From contig OZ076409.1 in assembly GCA_964187785.1 (NCBI GenBank), forward strand, positions 22,694,001 to 22,758,000: 64,000 bases of DNA. Reading direction: 5' to 3'. Positions 1 through 11,145 of the stretch are shown piece by piece. How positions within the stretch are numbered: position 1 is the stretch's first letter; every line of letters starts with the position of its first letter. Under the pieces are notes generated by a model that saw only the letters and a program-made list of their open reading frames with translations, ran no database searches and had not been told where the DNA came from. The position numbers and the translations under genes are program-made. Origin of the DNA: Amphiscolops sp. MND2022 (Eukaryota).

Positions 1-472
1 AAAAACTTCGTTGATTCACGCAACGAACTTACAAAACTGCAGGGTCTTTTCGGCACAAGCGGTGAATCCTATGTAATATACTGTACTGCAAGCCGTGGTG
101 TCGAGTCCTCTCACAATTCCTCCGAGGGCACTCCTTTTTGCGTCTATGAAAAGCTGCTGTCAAAATTTTCAAAACATCACTCCGACGTGCAATATTGCAA
201 CAGGTTCCCGCAATCGAGGAGCTCTACACTCTGCTCGTCATTGTGAAACCAGTCACAATTGTCGTCCATGGCATCCCATGTCTTCTGATGTCGATTATTT
301 AAATTTTTCAACAGCTTGTCGTTTCTTAATCAGTTCAGCTCTTTAATCGCTTTTTCGTCTCCAGAGAAGAGAGTTATCAGAAGCGTGCAGCGGAACCTAT
401 CCTTCAAAGCCGCCGGAAGCGTGTCGTTTAGCCACTGAATCGCAGGTTTTGTGAACGTTTGCCCAAGGAGAC

Positions 473-669
473 TGTAGTAGAGTCTAGAATACTGAACTTA
501 ATTGCTGAGAAAACAGAAGTGTGAAAATAATTAAAATACGTAATAATAACAACCTGCCAAATTTAGCCAAAGTGGCAAATTAACATCAATTGCCATAACA
601 TCAGATTCCGTACTAATTCACAGTTGTTAACGAATTCTGTTCTTTCACTAAAGTTCGTTATCGTCAACA
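473..669 (+). repeat. 5' LTR of Gypsy element 1
   Basis: Starts TGTAGTAG and ends GTCAACA; direct repeat of 5644-5840. Confidence 0.96.
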
Positions 670-3600
670 TGGCGCTGCGAGCTACTGATGACGAATCTTC
701 TAATTCACCTGTACCAGGCCTGAAATACTTCTAGCAAGAGGCCGAGAAAGAACCCTCTTACGACTGGGAGCAGTGGCAGCAATTATTGGAAGTTGCAGTA
801 CTAGCTCGACACTCAATTTCTGTAACCGAAATCACCAGGACTGCGGATGAACAAACCCTCGTGTTCCAGCACTGATGGGAAACCTGGAAGAAAATGCGGC
901 TGCAAGAAAGATAGTAAGCTTACTTTTCATTTCTCTTGGCAAAAATGGCAGAAAAATGATCATGGACAAATTCCCTCAAATTAACATCCTGCTTATTCAG
1001 TTACCCCAATTCTTGCAACATTGAAATGAGTGCTTCCAAACGCGAAGAAATAAAACTATGGATAGACATAACTTTTTGTCAAGAAAGCAAAAGCCGAACG
1101 AATCCCTTCGCCAGTTTCGGAATGCTTTAAATGGATTGGCGGCTAGATGTAATTTTGGCAATCAGACAGAAGGTCTAGTCTATGACATTTCCGTTCTCAA
1201 CATGTCAACTAAATTGGTTCAAGAAAAGCCCTGCACAGAGCCAAAAGCTACTCCAGCAGAGGCTCTCCAATTCGCAATTGCTTTTGAAGATGGGCTAAAG
1301 AGACAGAAGACATCTGCATACATCGGACAAGAGCCCAAAATAAAAGAAGAACCAGTCTGTGCAGTCAGCGAAAGCAGCTTCAATACAAGAGAGTGTTGGA
1401 GATTTGGCGCCAGAAATTTTACAATGGAACATCTAAAGTTCTGCAAAGGGCCAAATGCGATGTGTAATTACTGCGGCAGAAAAGGACATTTAGAGAAAGT
1501 CTGTAATCAGAAGAAGAAAGACAAACTTCAACAAAATGGCAAATTCAAAGCAAATGGCAGCAGTGAGCAAACAAACCGCCGTGTACAATTAGTCGATCAG
1601 GAGGATGAAGACGATGAAAACATAATGGCTCTAAATGTAAAAGGAGACGAAAACACGAAACCATTTTACATGGAAGGACTCATCAATGGAAACAAATTCA
1701 AAACAATGATCGATTCAAGATCACCTCTCACAATTTTTGCGCTAGATGAAATAAAGCAGATCATGAAAAGAGAAACCCTTCCCGTGCGCGAGATGATAGA
1801 AGGAGAGAAGTATGTGGACTTTAATGGAAAACCATTAAATCCACTGGGATATGTGTTCTGCGAACTACAAGTGGGCAATCAGTACATTAGGGAAGCGAGA
1901 ATTCTAATTGCCAAAAAGGGAACAAAGTCCATTATCGGTGGAGAGTGGCCCTCTACGTTGAGATACAGAATTACGCCAGTGAATGAAGGTGAGTTAGAAG
2001 TTAATTCAGTAGAAAAAGACGAGGAAATAAGGGCGGAAGCAAAGCAACTAAGTAACGAATTTCCAGAGTTGTTCAAAAGAAACGGACGAATAAAAAATCA
2101 CCAAGTAAAAATCAATCTGAAATCAGACGCAAAAACTTCTCAGCAAAAAGGAAGGGAAATTCCAATACAACTACAAAATGCGGTAGATGCGGAAATAAAA
2201 CGATTACTGAAAGACGGTCATATCGCGAAAATAAACGAAATCAAAAATGGTGTCTTTATACAACCAACCGTAATAACGGTAAAGAAAGTTCGTTCAGTGA
2301 AAATTGCATTAGACGCTAGAGCGCTAAGCCAAGCGATTGATAAAGATAAATACCAAATGCTAAATCTAGACATTTTACTAGATACGGTAGCAGAAAAACT
2401 TGATAATGAGAATGGATACGCATGGTATTCGTCTGTAGATATGACCTATGCATACGGTCAAGTTCCTTTACATCCATTAACAGCAAAACACTGCAATTTT
2501 TATATTAGTGGAGGCGAATCCACAGGAACATACAGATTTTGCAACAGGTTTTTACGGTCGGACGGTTATGCCGACAGAATTCCAAAAAGTAATGGATTTA
2601 CTAATAGCTAAATTTAGAGAAGTATTTGTTTTTATTGACGACATTTTAATAGTACCCAAGGGAACTAATAGCGAACAATTAGATAAAGTGCGGGAAATAC
2701 TAAAAGTGATGAATGAAGCGAAATTACAATTAAAGGCGGGAGAATGCAAATTTGCAAAACAAGAAATAGAGTGGTTGGGGTTCAAATTGTCAAGCAGAGG
2801 CATTTCGCCAATTAACACAAAGGTACAAGGGATTTCTGATAAACTCAGACCAACCAATTTGAAAGAACTGAGGTCGTTTTTAGGCGCGGTAAATCAATTT
2901 AACAGATTTGTTCCAGACTTAGCTACTATTTGTTTTCCCTTCAGACCAATTTTAAAAAAAGACGCAGAATGGAATTGGAACGAAAAGCATGAATCGGCGT
3001 TCAAAAAAGTAAACGAAGAAGTGAAAAAAATTGCGGAATTAACACATTTCAAAAAGAAAAAACCACTGCAAATAATCTGCAATGCGACTAAACAAGGGCT
3101 AGGAGCGGTCCTCCAACAAAAGGAAGACATGGGCTGGAAGCCAATTTCGTACGTCTCAAGGTTTTTCACGGAACTTGAAGCGAAGTACTCAATTAACGAA
3201 TTAGAATTACTCGCAGTAGTTTGGGCAATTGGTCCTTTTAAAAATTACGTCTACGGTGAAAAGTTCGGTGTAGGGTCAGACCACAAAGCCTTATAGAGTG
3301 TACTAAAAGCGAATAAAGGAAACAAAACTTTCTCAATCAGGCTAACCAGATGGGTAGACAGACTACTTCCATTTGATTTTTCAGAACTACACGCACCGGG
3401 TAGAACGATAGGATTAGCCGATTACCTTTCACGACACCCTTCCGAATACTGTGGATCAACAGTAAAAGCAAAAGAAATGTTCAATACCTGGTTTACAATA
3501 AACGTAGTAGACGAAATCGTTCCGCCATTGAGTAGAAAGTTGGCCAATAAAAATGAACCAATCAGAATTATGATTGAAGGCAAAAGAAACTGAAGCGTGA

Positions 3601-5305
3601 ACGAGAGTGTGCTGACAGTTCATACGCCTACGCAGTCGAGTGTTATTAGTAAACAAAACTCAAAAGTGCCAATTAGCAGTAAAATGTCAGAAGAAAAAGA
3701 CTTGTCAAAACCTAAAATCAGCCAGAAATATGTACAAGCAAACTATGAGAATGACCGCAACATTCAGAAGATCATCCGTTTATTCAAAGATAAAAATGCG
3801 GCAGTAATCTCTCGTTTACCTTCCCCCCTGGAGAGAGAAATTCAATTCATTTAGCCTCGAAAAATTTATTATACATGGACCAACGGCTGGTAATCCCTAA
3901 AGACATGCGTGAAAACGTACTAAGGGCCATACACTTCGGGCACGCCGGCAGAGATGCCATGTTACGGGAGGCATCCGACGTGTGGTGGCCCGGGATCCAC
4001 CGCGAGAACGTAGAAAAGGCAAGAAATTGCGCCGAATGCCAAAAAGCAGGTAAGAACCTTAAATGTATAAATAGTCAAAACGAATTTGGAAAAATACCTG
4101 AGGCACAAAGCCCAATTGATGAGATTTAATTAGATTTCGCATGACCATTTCAAAATGCACATAAACAGAAGAGATACTTGCTAGTTTTGGTAGAAAATAA
4201 TTCAGGATGGCCAGCCGCAATGTTTTTACCTAACCCATCGGCAGATAAAGTCGTAGAATTTTTATTAGAATACATAGCAACTAACGGAATCCCAAAAAGG
4301 ATTAGAACAGATCCGGGGACAGTATTCAAGGGAGAAAAAATTCAGCAATTTTGTAAAGAAAGATTTATTCAACACATAATCTGTCCCATCCGAGACCATC
4401 GGGGTAAAGGAAAGGTAGAAAGAAAGATCAGAACATTGAACGAAAGACTTAGAACAAATAGAAAAATAGTAGTCCAAAAGGATACATCAGGATTGTCAAA
4501 CAAATTATTTGCAGTGAAAACCGAAGAAGGGGTGGACAGCACATCGGCTCATGAAAGACAAATGGGTAGAAATTCGAACACACTAAAGTCGGCTATGATC
4601 AGAAAGTGTTTTTTAAAGAAAGATCATCACTTTCAGATCAATCCGGAAGACTTCAGTGAGGAGGCTGACTCAACATTTCTTGTCCGAGAAAGAGTAAAGG
4701 GGACGAAACTTGAAGGAAACTTCAAAAAGATAAAAAGCCAAATAATCAACCAAAGCGAAATTATCATAACTGTGTTACCCAAATCAGGTAAACAAACAAT
4801 CTATTCAAAGCGCGATTTGGCCAAATTGGCACAAGGTGCAAACACCACCAAGAAAGCGACTGTTAAAAAGAAGCCAAAAATCCAAGAAAAGCAGCAAAGC
4901 CAATACAATCATTTTGGCGGGAATCGACAAGCAGCTCAGAAATGGGACAAATTCTAAAAACGCCACAAATAGAACAACAAACAGAAGAAGAAAACACCAC
5001 ACAAGAAGCAGCAGAAAGAGAAGAAAACCCCGAGCAAACAATCCAAATCAAAGTGTCAAAAAGCGAAATAGGTGAAGAACCAGAAAAAGAAGAAATGATG
5101 GACAAACAAGAAACAAAGAAGATACCCATAAAGGGAAACATAAAATGGGAAAAGGACAAAAATCCAACCCGAAGCTCAACAAGAAACCACAAAAAAAACA
5201 AACTGGCTGGGTAACAACATAATGGTGACTAAAGTGGAACCAGATACCAGTGCAGAAGAAAGCCTACCAAGTGTGTTTGAAATAGCACCAACCGAAACCA
5301 AATAG
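669..5305 (+). pseudogene. gag-pol polyprotein of Gypsy element 1, broken by stops and frameshifts
   Basis: ORF pieces 1058-2611, 2508-3296, 3597-3854, 3875-4129, 4178-4957. Motifs: CCHC knuckle CNYCGRKGHLEKVC; protease site mutated to IDSRS; RT VDMTYAYGQ and FIDD; RNase H with DAS changed to NAT plus YSINELELLAVVWA; integrase HFGH...CAEC and RTDPG...VER. Confidence 0.95.
670..682 (+). promoter_or_regulatory. Primer binding site, complementary to a tRNA 3' end (probably tRNA-Ser)
   Basis: TGGCGCTGCGAGC immediately follows the LTR. Its reverse complement GCTCGCAGCG-CCA resembles the 3' ends of metazoan tRNA-Ser. Confidence 0.75.
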
Positions 5306-5632
5306 ACAAGAAAAACAATACAAAACATTGTTCTGTTGCTATTATAAATTGTTGAGTTAATACAAAACCCCAAGTACTAACCACTCCAATTGAATTAACC
5401 CCAGCAGTATCCCGTACGTTGCCTCACGTTTGTTACATTTGTGTTGTAGAAACACAGCTGATTTTAGTTATTATTGTTATTGTATTCAATAAAGTTAATC
5501 ACTGAGTAACACTGTAAAATATTACTGCGAACTTATTCGCTAAAACAGAAACGAATCATAACCCAACAAAATCCGCGAAGTAAATTGATAACAATTTGGA
5601 AGTCATAACAATCCCCCCATCCTTACCCAACC

Positions 5633-5643
5633 AAAGAGGGAAG
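5633..5643 (+). promoter_or_regulatory. Polypurine tract of Gypsy element 1
   Basis: AAAGAGGGAAG abuts the 3' LTR. Confidence 0.85.
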
Positions 5644-5840
5644 TGTAGTAGAGTCTAGAATACTGAACCTAATTGCTGAGAAAACAGAAGTGTGAAAATA
5701 ATTAAATTACGTAATAATAACAACCTGCCAAACTTAGCCAAAGTGGCAAATTAACATCAATTGCCATAACATCAGATTCCGTACTAATTCACAGTTGTTA
5801 CCGAATTCTCTTCTTTCACTAAAGTTCGTTATCGTCAACA
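5644..5840 (+). repeat. 3' LTR of Gypsy element 1
   Basis: Direct repeat of 473-669. Confidence 0.96.
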
Positions 5841-6741
5841 GAGAGTCTGTCAAACCTACAATAACGGAAGAAGTAGGTGAAAGACTGAGCGCAATCATCT
5901 CCACATTTCAGACCTTGTCCCTCTTCAATAGCCACGCGGACGCATTCTGGATGTATACATTGGCAATGATGGGGTCCCACGAGTAGACAATCGTCCAGTT
6001 ACAAAGCTAACCCGACTACTACCAATTGACATCGAAACGATTAGGTCGACCATTGAAACTGCCTATTGGAAGACTAGCTGTACCATGTCTTTTTGTGTTG
6101 CTCGTTGTTTGCGTTTAGAGAGCTCCCGTGCCTTTACTTCACTCACTCTAGCACCTATGTACTTGAAAGAGTTCCTCTTCATTGAAGTTTGAACTTACCT
6201 GCAGTCGTCCTAAGGTCGGTTTCTTTTGGCATGTTGATTGTTACATTCTTGCATTCATTTTTGTTCTTGAAAAGACAACCAATCGACAGTTCTACAATTC
6301 ATCTTTCCTCTCCATACGAGTGCAGAGTTTTCAAAAGGCAGCGACAATCACGAGTTTTTTTGCAAGTTCCTCCAACTTCTGACGCTGAAAATTGGAATGT
6401 GGCAAACTTTCTTTTCTTTTTCCCACTAACACAAACGTATACAAACACGAGCTTTTTCGAAAAAACCTTTTTTCTGGACTTCTATTGAACTTTCTAAAAA
6501 TTTATTAGTTTATCAATAGAAAACAACGCAAAGAAAATCACCACATCACAACATTTTTTCGGAACAGTTCTGAAGTCCATCAAAATGACATATTAAGATC
6601 TCAAACTTCAGAGTTCCAAACACTGACAGCTTGCTTTTCCATGAACGACACTGGAGCTTGAGCTGTTGCAACAAAAGACTGACTCCCAACTCGATAAGGC
6701 ATCTACAATTGCAGGAGAGCGTCAGGTTGACAAGGTTGACA

Positions 6742-6809
6742 TGACAATTGTTATCTAGAATTATGCTTTGACTTCGAAGTCAAAGCATAATTCTAGATAA
6801 CAATTGTCA
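6742..6809. repeat. Perfect spacerless palindrome with 34-bp arms
   Basis: TGACAATTGTTATCTAGAATTATGCTTTGACTTC is followed directly by its exact reverse complement. Confidence 0.95.
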
Positions 6810-8262
6810 GAGAACAACAGAATCCGAAAAAGTCCTACAATCTGATGTTGAATCACACGTCTCATGCAACCTAGAATGTGCTTATGGCATTTGGAAAAAG
6901 TTTGAAATTTAAGACCATCATAATAGCTGATAGTACTCGTTGTTTTATGTCTACTAGATTCTTTTTAGTCCCCTTTACAAAACGTGCTTGACTCTCACAT
7001 TGGCAAGCTTTTCCTCGTATATTCAAAGACATCGCAATGAAAAATCCAATTTTTACAGATGTTACGCCTAAGCGAAAGTTTTAAAGATACGCCCTTGGCG
7101 TGGTTTACAGTTTTACCGTATGTTGGGACTACAGTAAGCTACCAAAATTTACGCACAGCAATTTCGTTTTGTTCAAATTGGGAAAAAACAAGACGCTATG
7201 TTTAAAGTTCATTTTGACGAAACCTTTAAACAGGTCAGATTGGAACAACTAAATAATTTTCCAAAAAGAATTGTTGTCCTTTACCATGCTCTCCATGAAG
7301 CCCAGGTTTACTCAATGGGAAACAAATGTTGCATTGGTTTGAAACATCAAAATGGCACCAGAGTTAACGTTCCTTTTTGAATTTAGCAGACTTTTTCCAA
7401 CGATGAGTAGTGATTTTTTAAAGTTATTGGCATGATTCTGACAACTCTGTCAGAACCAACTTACTTGCCCTCGTTTTGTGACAAAGGCCGTTGAGACTTA
7501 ATTCACATCTAACTTGCCGAGTATTATTCGCAAAGACTCTAAACTTGACGATCTCAACTGTCAATTTCTTCTCTTAGCTTTCGGAGTATTTGGAGGTCAA
7601 ATTACAGTTTTCAATGTTTCCGCACTGTTTTGGCATTGGTTATACAAAGGACACCAGGGGTATCCGTTTTGCGCTACGTTTGAGATAATGTCAATTAAAA
7701 ATATGCAGCTTTTTGAGGGATTTATTCGAAAAAAAATCATCATTTTGCATTTTTGATGTTTTCAGTTTGAGAAAAGTGTTTTTCAAGCCCAGAGAGCGCC
7801 TGTCTATTTTCTCACTCCCTCAAATATCTGAGAATTTCAAAACAGTCATCCTGTGTCAAAAGAGTCAACAGAGACTTTGAACATTTTGAGCCTTAAACGG
7901 GGCGCCGACTTGAGACGTTCTGTTTTGTTCTGTTGAAAAACTTCTGCTGGTCCCAATTTGTTCGTTCCTGCTTCAACAAACGAAATGCATGACAAGATAT
8001 GCATGTCAATGACAATTACACTCTTGATCAATTCCTACAGAATTTCTCTGAACTTTTTTGCGCGAAGTCAGGAGTATGAAGAAAAGCGATCTTTCAGGAA
8101 TTGCTGAGAAGATAATTTTGATGTAATCCAGGTTGAACATTTTTTTCTGGAACTAAACACCCAGTGAATGAGAGTAAGTAAAGAGGCATATTCTAGTGCT
8201 TCTTGATCTTTAATAGTTAAGTGGGAAACCAAAAAATGTGACCTCATAGGGTGTATTTTATT

Positions 8263-8601
8263 GAGCTCCAGACATCTGAGGTCATAACAAAAAAATTTTG
8301 CGAAGGTTCGACATAGTCGTTGAACAAATGTTTCTTTTTAATGAAAATTCCAATGCTCTGGAATATCGAAAAGTGAAGCTTATAAATTTTGAAACTCTTT
8401 TCAATTGCCGTAGCAAATCATTTGAACTATTCGTTAAGACAATCAAAACGTTCCTATTACTGTCAGAAATTTTAGTTCAGGATCAACAAATTTCTTTTCT
8501 GAGACAGTAACGGACAGTTAAGTCCAAACAGTTCAAAATCTGATAAGGCATGTGGGAAACTGTCTTCTATTTGTTCACATAACCTCAAATGTCTGGAGCT
8601 C
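8263..8601. repeat. Degenerate inverted repeat pair, probable old MITE
   Basis: GAGCTCCAGACATCTGAGGT near 8263 is inverted relative to ACCTCAAATGTCTGGAGCTC ending near 8601. True termini are not resolved. Confidence 0.45.
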
Positions 8602-9204
8602 AAATTAATTGACGCCCTCAAATTGCAATTGAATCTTACCTGGTGAATCGAAAATAAGTTGGTGTATTAAATGGAAGCTTGAAATTTTCAAATATTTGCT
8701 TAATTTTGTGCTTCGCAAAGTGCATGCCAAGAAAGAAGCCGAAGTGTGCCATTTAGAGCTCAAACAGCGTGATAAAATTAAAGCTTTTGATCCAAAATAG
8801 AACTGACGCTCAGTTTTTGTACGCCATACCTTTACTTACCATATACAGAAATGTTTTGAACTTTTCGAACCGAGACTTGAAAATTTATGACAATTTGAGG
8901 TCTTTAAAGTTTCAGCAAGTTACAATTTTCTTTTTTTTTCAAATGTTTCGAGGCATGTTGGCAATACCGAGCCTTATGAAGTTTTCAAACTCATCAAATT
9001 AGAATTGAACTGCCGAGCACAAAAGTATAATACTTTACAGTAGATGCTTGACTGAATAACTTTTTACAGTATATGTTCACAATTGTTCACATTTATATGT
9101 GTATAATACCACCAGGGGTGTTCAAAATTATATTTAAATTATATTTTGACCTGAAAATAAATTATTTAATTACTGAAAGGAAAAAATAAATTATTTCAAT
9201 TATT

Positions 9205-10713
9205 TTATTCGTCGTCGAGGTTATCATTTTTATCCCCATGTTTAGTAACAAGTACATTTACAAGTTTTAAGTTCCAAAAGTTTGAGTTCGCTTTCAAAAA
9301 CATCTGGTTTTCCAGATTTGTCGGCTCCAACTTCTTCCTGTGGTCATTGTAAACGTACTTCACTTGACTGAAAAGACGTTCCACGTGGTCAGATGTTGAT
9401 GGGACCCATTTCAATTCCATGATTTTTTGAAGTTTCGGTTGTTTAGCGGCCAACACTGATTCTGCAAAGTCTTCGCTTTCCAAAACAGCCACTGAATCAT
9501 CTGAGGAAGGGAAACCAGAAAGTTCGTTCATAACTCGCTGGTCAACTTCGCCATTTTTTTCGATAAACTTTGCAATTGCATTTTCGAACTTTGGACATAA
9601 ACTGATCGGATTATCTTCCAATCCCAAATATTGACAGAGCATTGAATGTCGTGACAAAATTTCTTCAAAAAGAGTTCTAACTTGGAACAAATTAATTGAT
9701 TCAGATTGTATCTTTTTGGACACAGAATCAAACTTTTTCAGTTCCTGGTGAATCTTCTTCATTTCAATTTCTTCTAAAGGAGAAAGCAGAAAAATTACTA
9801 ACTCCGGGTCAGATTTGTCAATATGAGGAATGAGTTCAAAATATCGACTGACCAATGCAAATGAAGACCACCATCTTGTATCGTTTCTCACCACTGGTCG
9901 TAGCTTTGTACTCTGTCTCAATTTTCCCGACTGCTTTTGTGAACATAATTTTTTCATCAAATTGTTGATTTTCCGGAGTAGAGGTTCAAAATTCTCCAAA
10001 TATTTTTTCACTGCTAGATTAAGACGATGAGAATTGCAACCGATCATTGGCTTCTGTAAGATATTCGCAATTCGTTTGTTCAGTGGCTCATTATCGCAAA
10101 CTAGAAAAATTACGTCTTCGGTAGACTTGTTGAAGAGTGAGAGGGTATAAGTGATAAATTCAACATGATTTTCAGCATTAAAATTGGTTTCGTCTAAAAG
10201 CGGTGAAAACGCCAATAACACTGTTTGCCTAACACCTTCTAACTGATAAACTGCAAAAATAGCCAAATAATGAGTAGAGGTAGACATATCTGTCCAACCG
10301 TCGAGGAGTAAACCGATACGGCATGGTAATACTTTGGTAATCTCCTTTTCAACCTCAGAAGTTACAAGTGACATGTATTTCATGAATGTATTTCGAGAAA
10401 TGCGCTTCAAGTTTGAATAAAAGCGGTTCAAAGGATCAGTCGTAAATGAAAAGGGGAAACCATTCATAATTACCCATTCTAGCCAACCAAAAATGTTTTT
10501 GGCTTTTGGGTCAATGAAAACATTCAAAACACTTTGACGGGAGGAATTTATTTCTATTTCGAAGTTCTTGTGCTTAGTGCGAATATGCGTCATAAGGTTC
10601 TCATAACCAGCCTCACATTTTCGTTTAGTTCCACATTTGCAAGTGTATTCAGAAGTGTTCGGTTTGCGGGTAAAATAAAACAACGCGACTTCTTTATTAC
10701 TCAATGGAGCCAT
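9205..10713 (-). CDS. hAT-family transposase, 502 aa from the ATG at 10713
   Basis: BED-like CKC...H...H finger; catalytic D in LLLDGWTD; second D in LVCDNE; CxxH motif GCNSHRLNLAV; TRW motif; catalytic E in SDHVERLFS in the C-terminal hAT region. No stops or introns. Confidence 0.95.
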   Translation of the reverse strand: MAPLSNKEVALFYFTRKPNTSEYTCKCGTKRKCEAGYENLMTHIRTKHKNFEIEINSSRQSVLNVFIDPKAKNIFGWLEWVIMNGFPFSFTTDPLNRFYSNLKRISRNTFMKYMSLVTSEVEKEITKVLPCRIGLLLDGWTDMSTSTHYLAIFAVYQLEGVRQTVLLAFSPLLDETNFNAENHVEFITYTLSLFNKSTEDVIFLVCDNEPLNKRIANILQKPMIGCNSHRLNLAVKKYLENFEPLLRKINNLMKKLCSQKQSGKLRQSTKLRPVVRNDTRWWSSFALVSRYFELIPHIDKSDPELVIFLLSPLEEIEMKKIHQELKKFDSVSKKIQSESINLFQVRTLFEEILSRHSMLCQYLGLEDNPISLCPKFENAIAKFIEKNGEVDQRVMNELSGFPSSDDSVAVLESEDFAESVLAAKQPKLQKIMELKWVPSTSDHVERLFSQVKYVYNDHRKKLEPTNLENQMFLKANSNFWNLKLVNVLVTKHGDKNDNLDDE

Positions 10714-10738
10714 GATAAAATTGAGACGCAACACAAAA

Positions 10739-10862
10739 GTGGCAACGCAAATAGCACGGAGAGGTGTGGCAACGCAAATAGCCGGCCGAAGCTAAATCAA
10801 GCATGCGATATCACTCTGTAAGTGGCCGGTCAAAGCTAAATCAACCATGCAATATCACTCTG
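10739..10862. repeat. Subterminal direct repeats at the 5' end of the hAT element
   Basis: GTGGCAACGCAAATAGC occurs twice and AAGCTAAATCAA(G/C)CATGC(G/A)ATATCACTCTG occurs twice, upstream of the transposase ORF. Confidence 0.8.
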
Positions 10863-11075
10863 CTCATCTCTGATTGGTTCGTGAGTGTATACGCGCCACG
10901 GTGAGCCGAGCAAACAATCTCATCTCCCTATCGATCAAAAATAAATAATTAAATATTTTGGGGGCTGAAAATTAAATAATTTAATTTATTTATTTACAAT
11001 TATTTTAAAATAAATAATTTATTGAACACCCCTGAATACCACCCACTTATATTTATATAGTGGTGAACTCTAGTG

Positions 11076-11145
11076 ATGTCTTCAAACAATGTCTCAGGGG
11101 GACTTTCAGCGTGCCCCAGCTGTGGAGGGGGTTTTACTCCGACAG
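11076..11145 (+). CDS. TRIM-NHL coding exon 1 (start codon, first CxxC of RING)
   Basis: MSSNNVSGGLSACPSCGGGFTPT. Joins the next exon in phase 1 via CAG|GAAGGG. Possible upstream acceptor TATAG at 11060. Confidence 0.7.

Larger units (their letters stand above)
473..5840 (+). mobile_element. Full-length but decayed Ty3/Gypsy LTR retrotransposon (probably Mag-like clade)
   Basis: Two 197-bp TG...CA LTRs (473-669, 5644-5840) with 5 mismatches. PBS follows the 5' LTR and a polypurine tract precedes the 3' LTR. Flanks GAGAC (468-472) and GAGAG (5841-5845) fit a 5-bp TSD with one mismatch. Domain order is gag-PR-RT-RNaseH-IN. Confidence 0.96.
1..6232 (-). pseudogene. Possible decayed small-intron gene of unknown function interrupted by Gypsy element 1
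   Basis: Minus strand: ATG at 6232 (MPKETDLRTTAG), CAG|GTAAGT donor, 44-nt intron (6198-6155), then ARVSEVKARELSKRKQR. The frame continues across the TSD (QTLLGQTFTKPAIQWLNDTLPAALKD) with in-frame stops. No recognised domain. Confidence 0.3.
9113..11034 (-). mobile_element. Intact, potentially autonomous hAT DNA transposon (1922 bp)
   Basis: Perfect 13-bp TIRs CAGGGGTGTTCAA / TTGAACACCCCTG; perfect 8-bp TSD AATACCAC (9105-9112, 11035-11042); single uninterrupted transposase ORF. Confidence 0.97.

Noticed and set aside
1219..5373. Minus-strand ORFs over Gypsy element 1
   Set aside because: Shadow frames of gag-pol.
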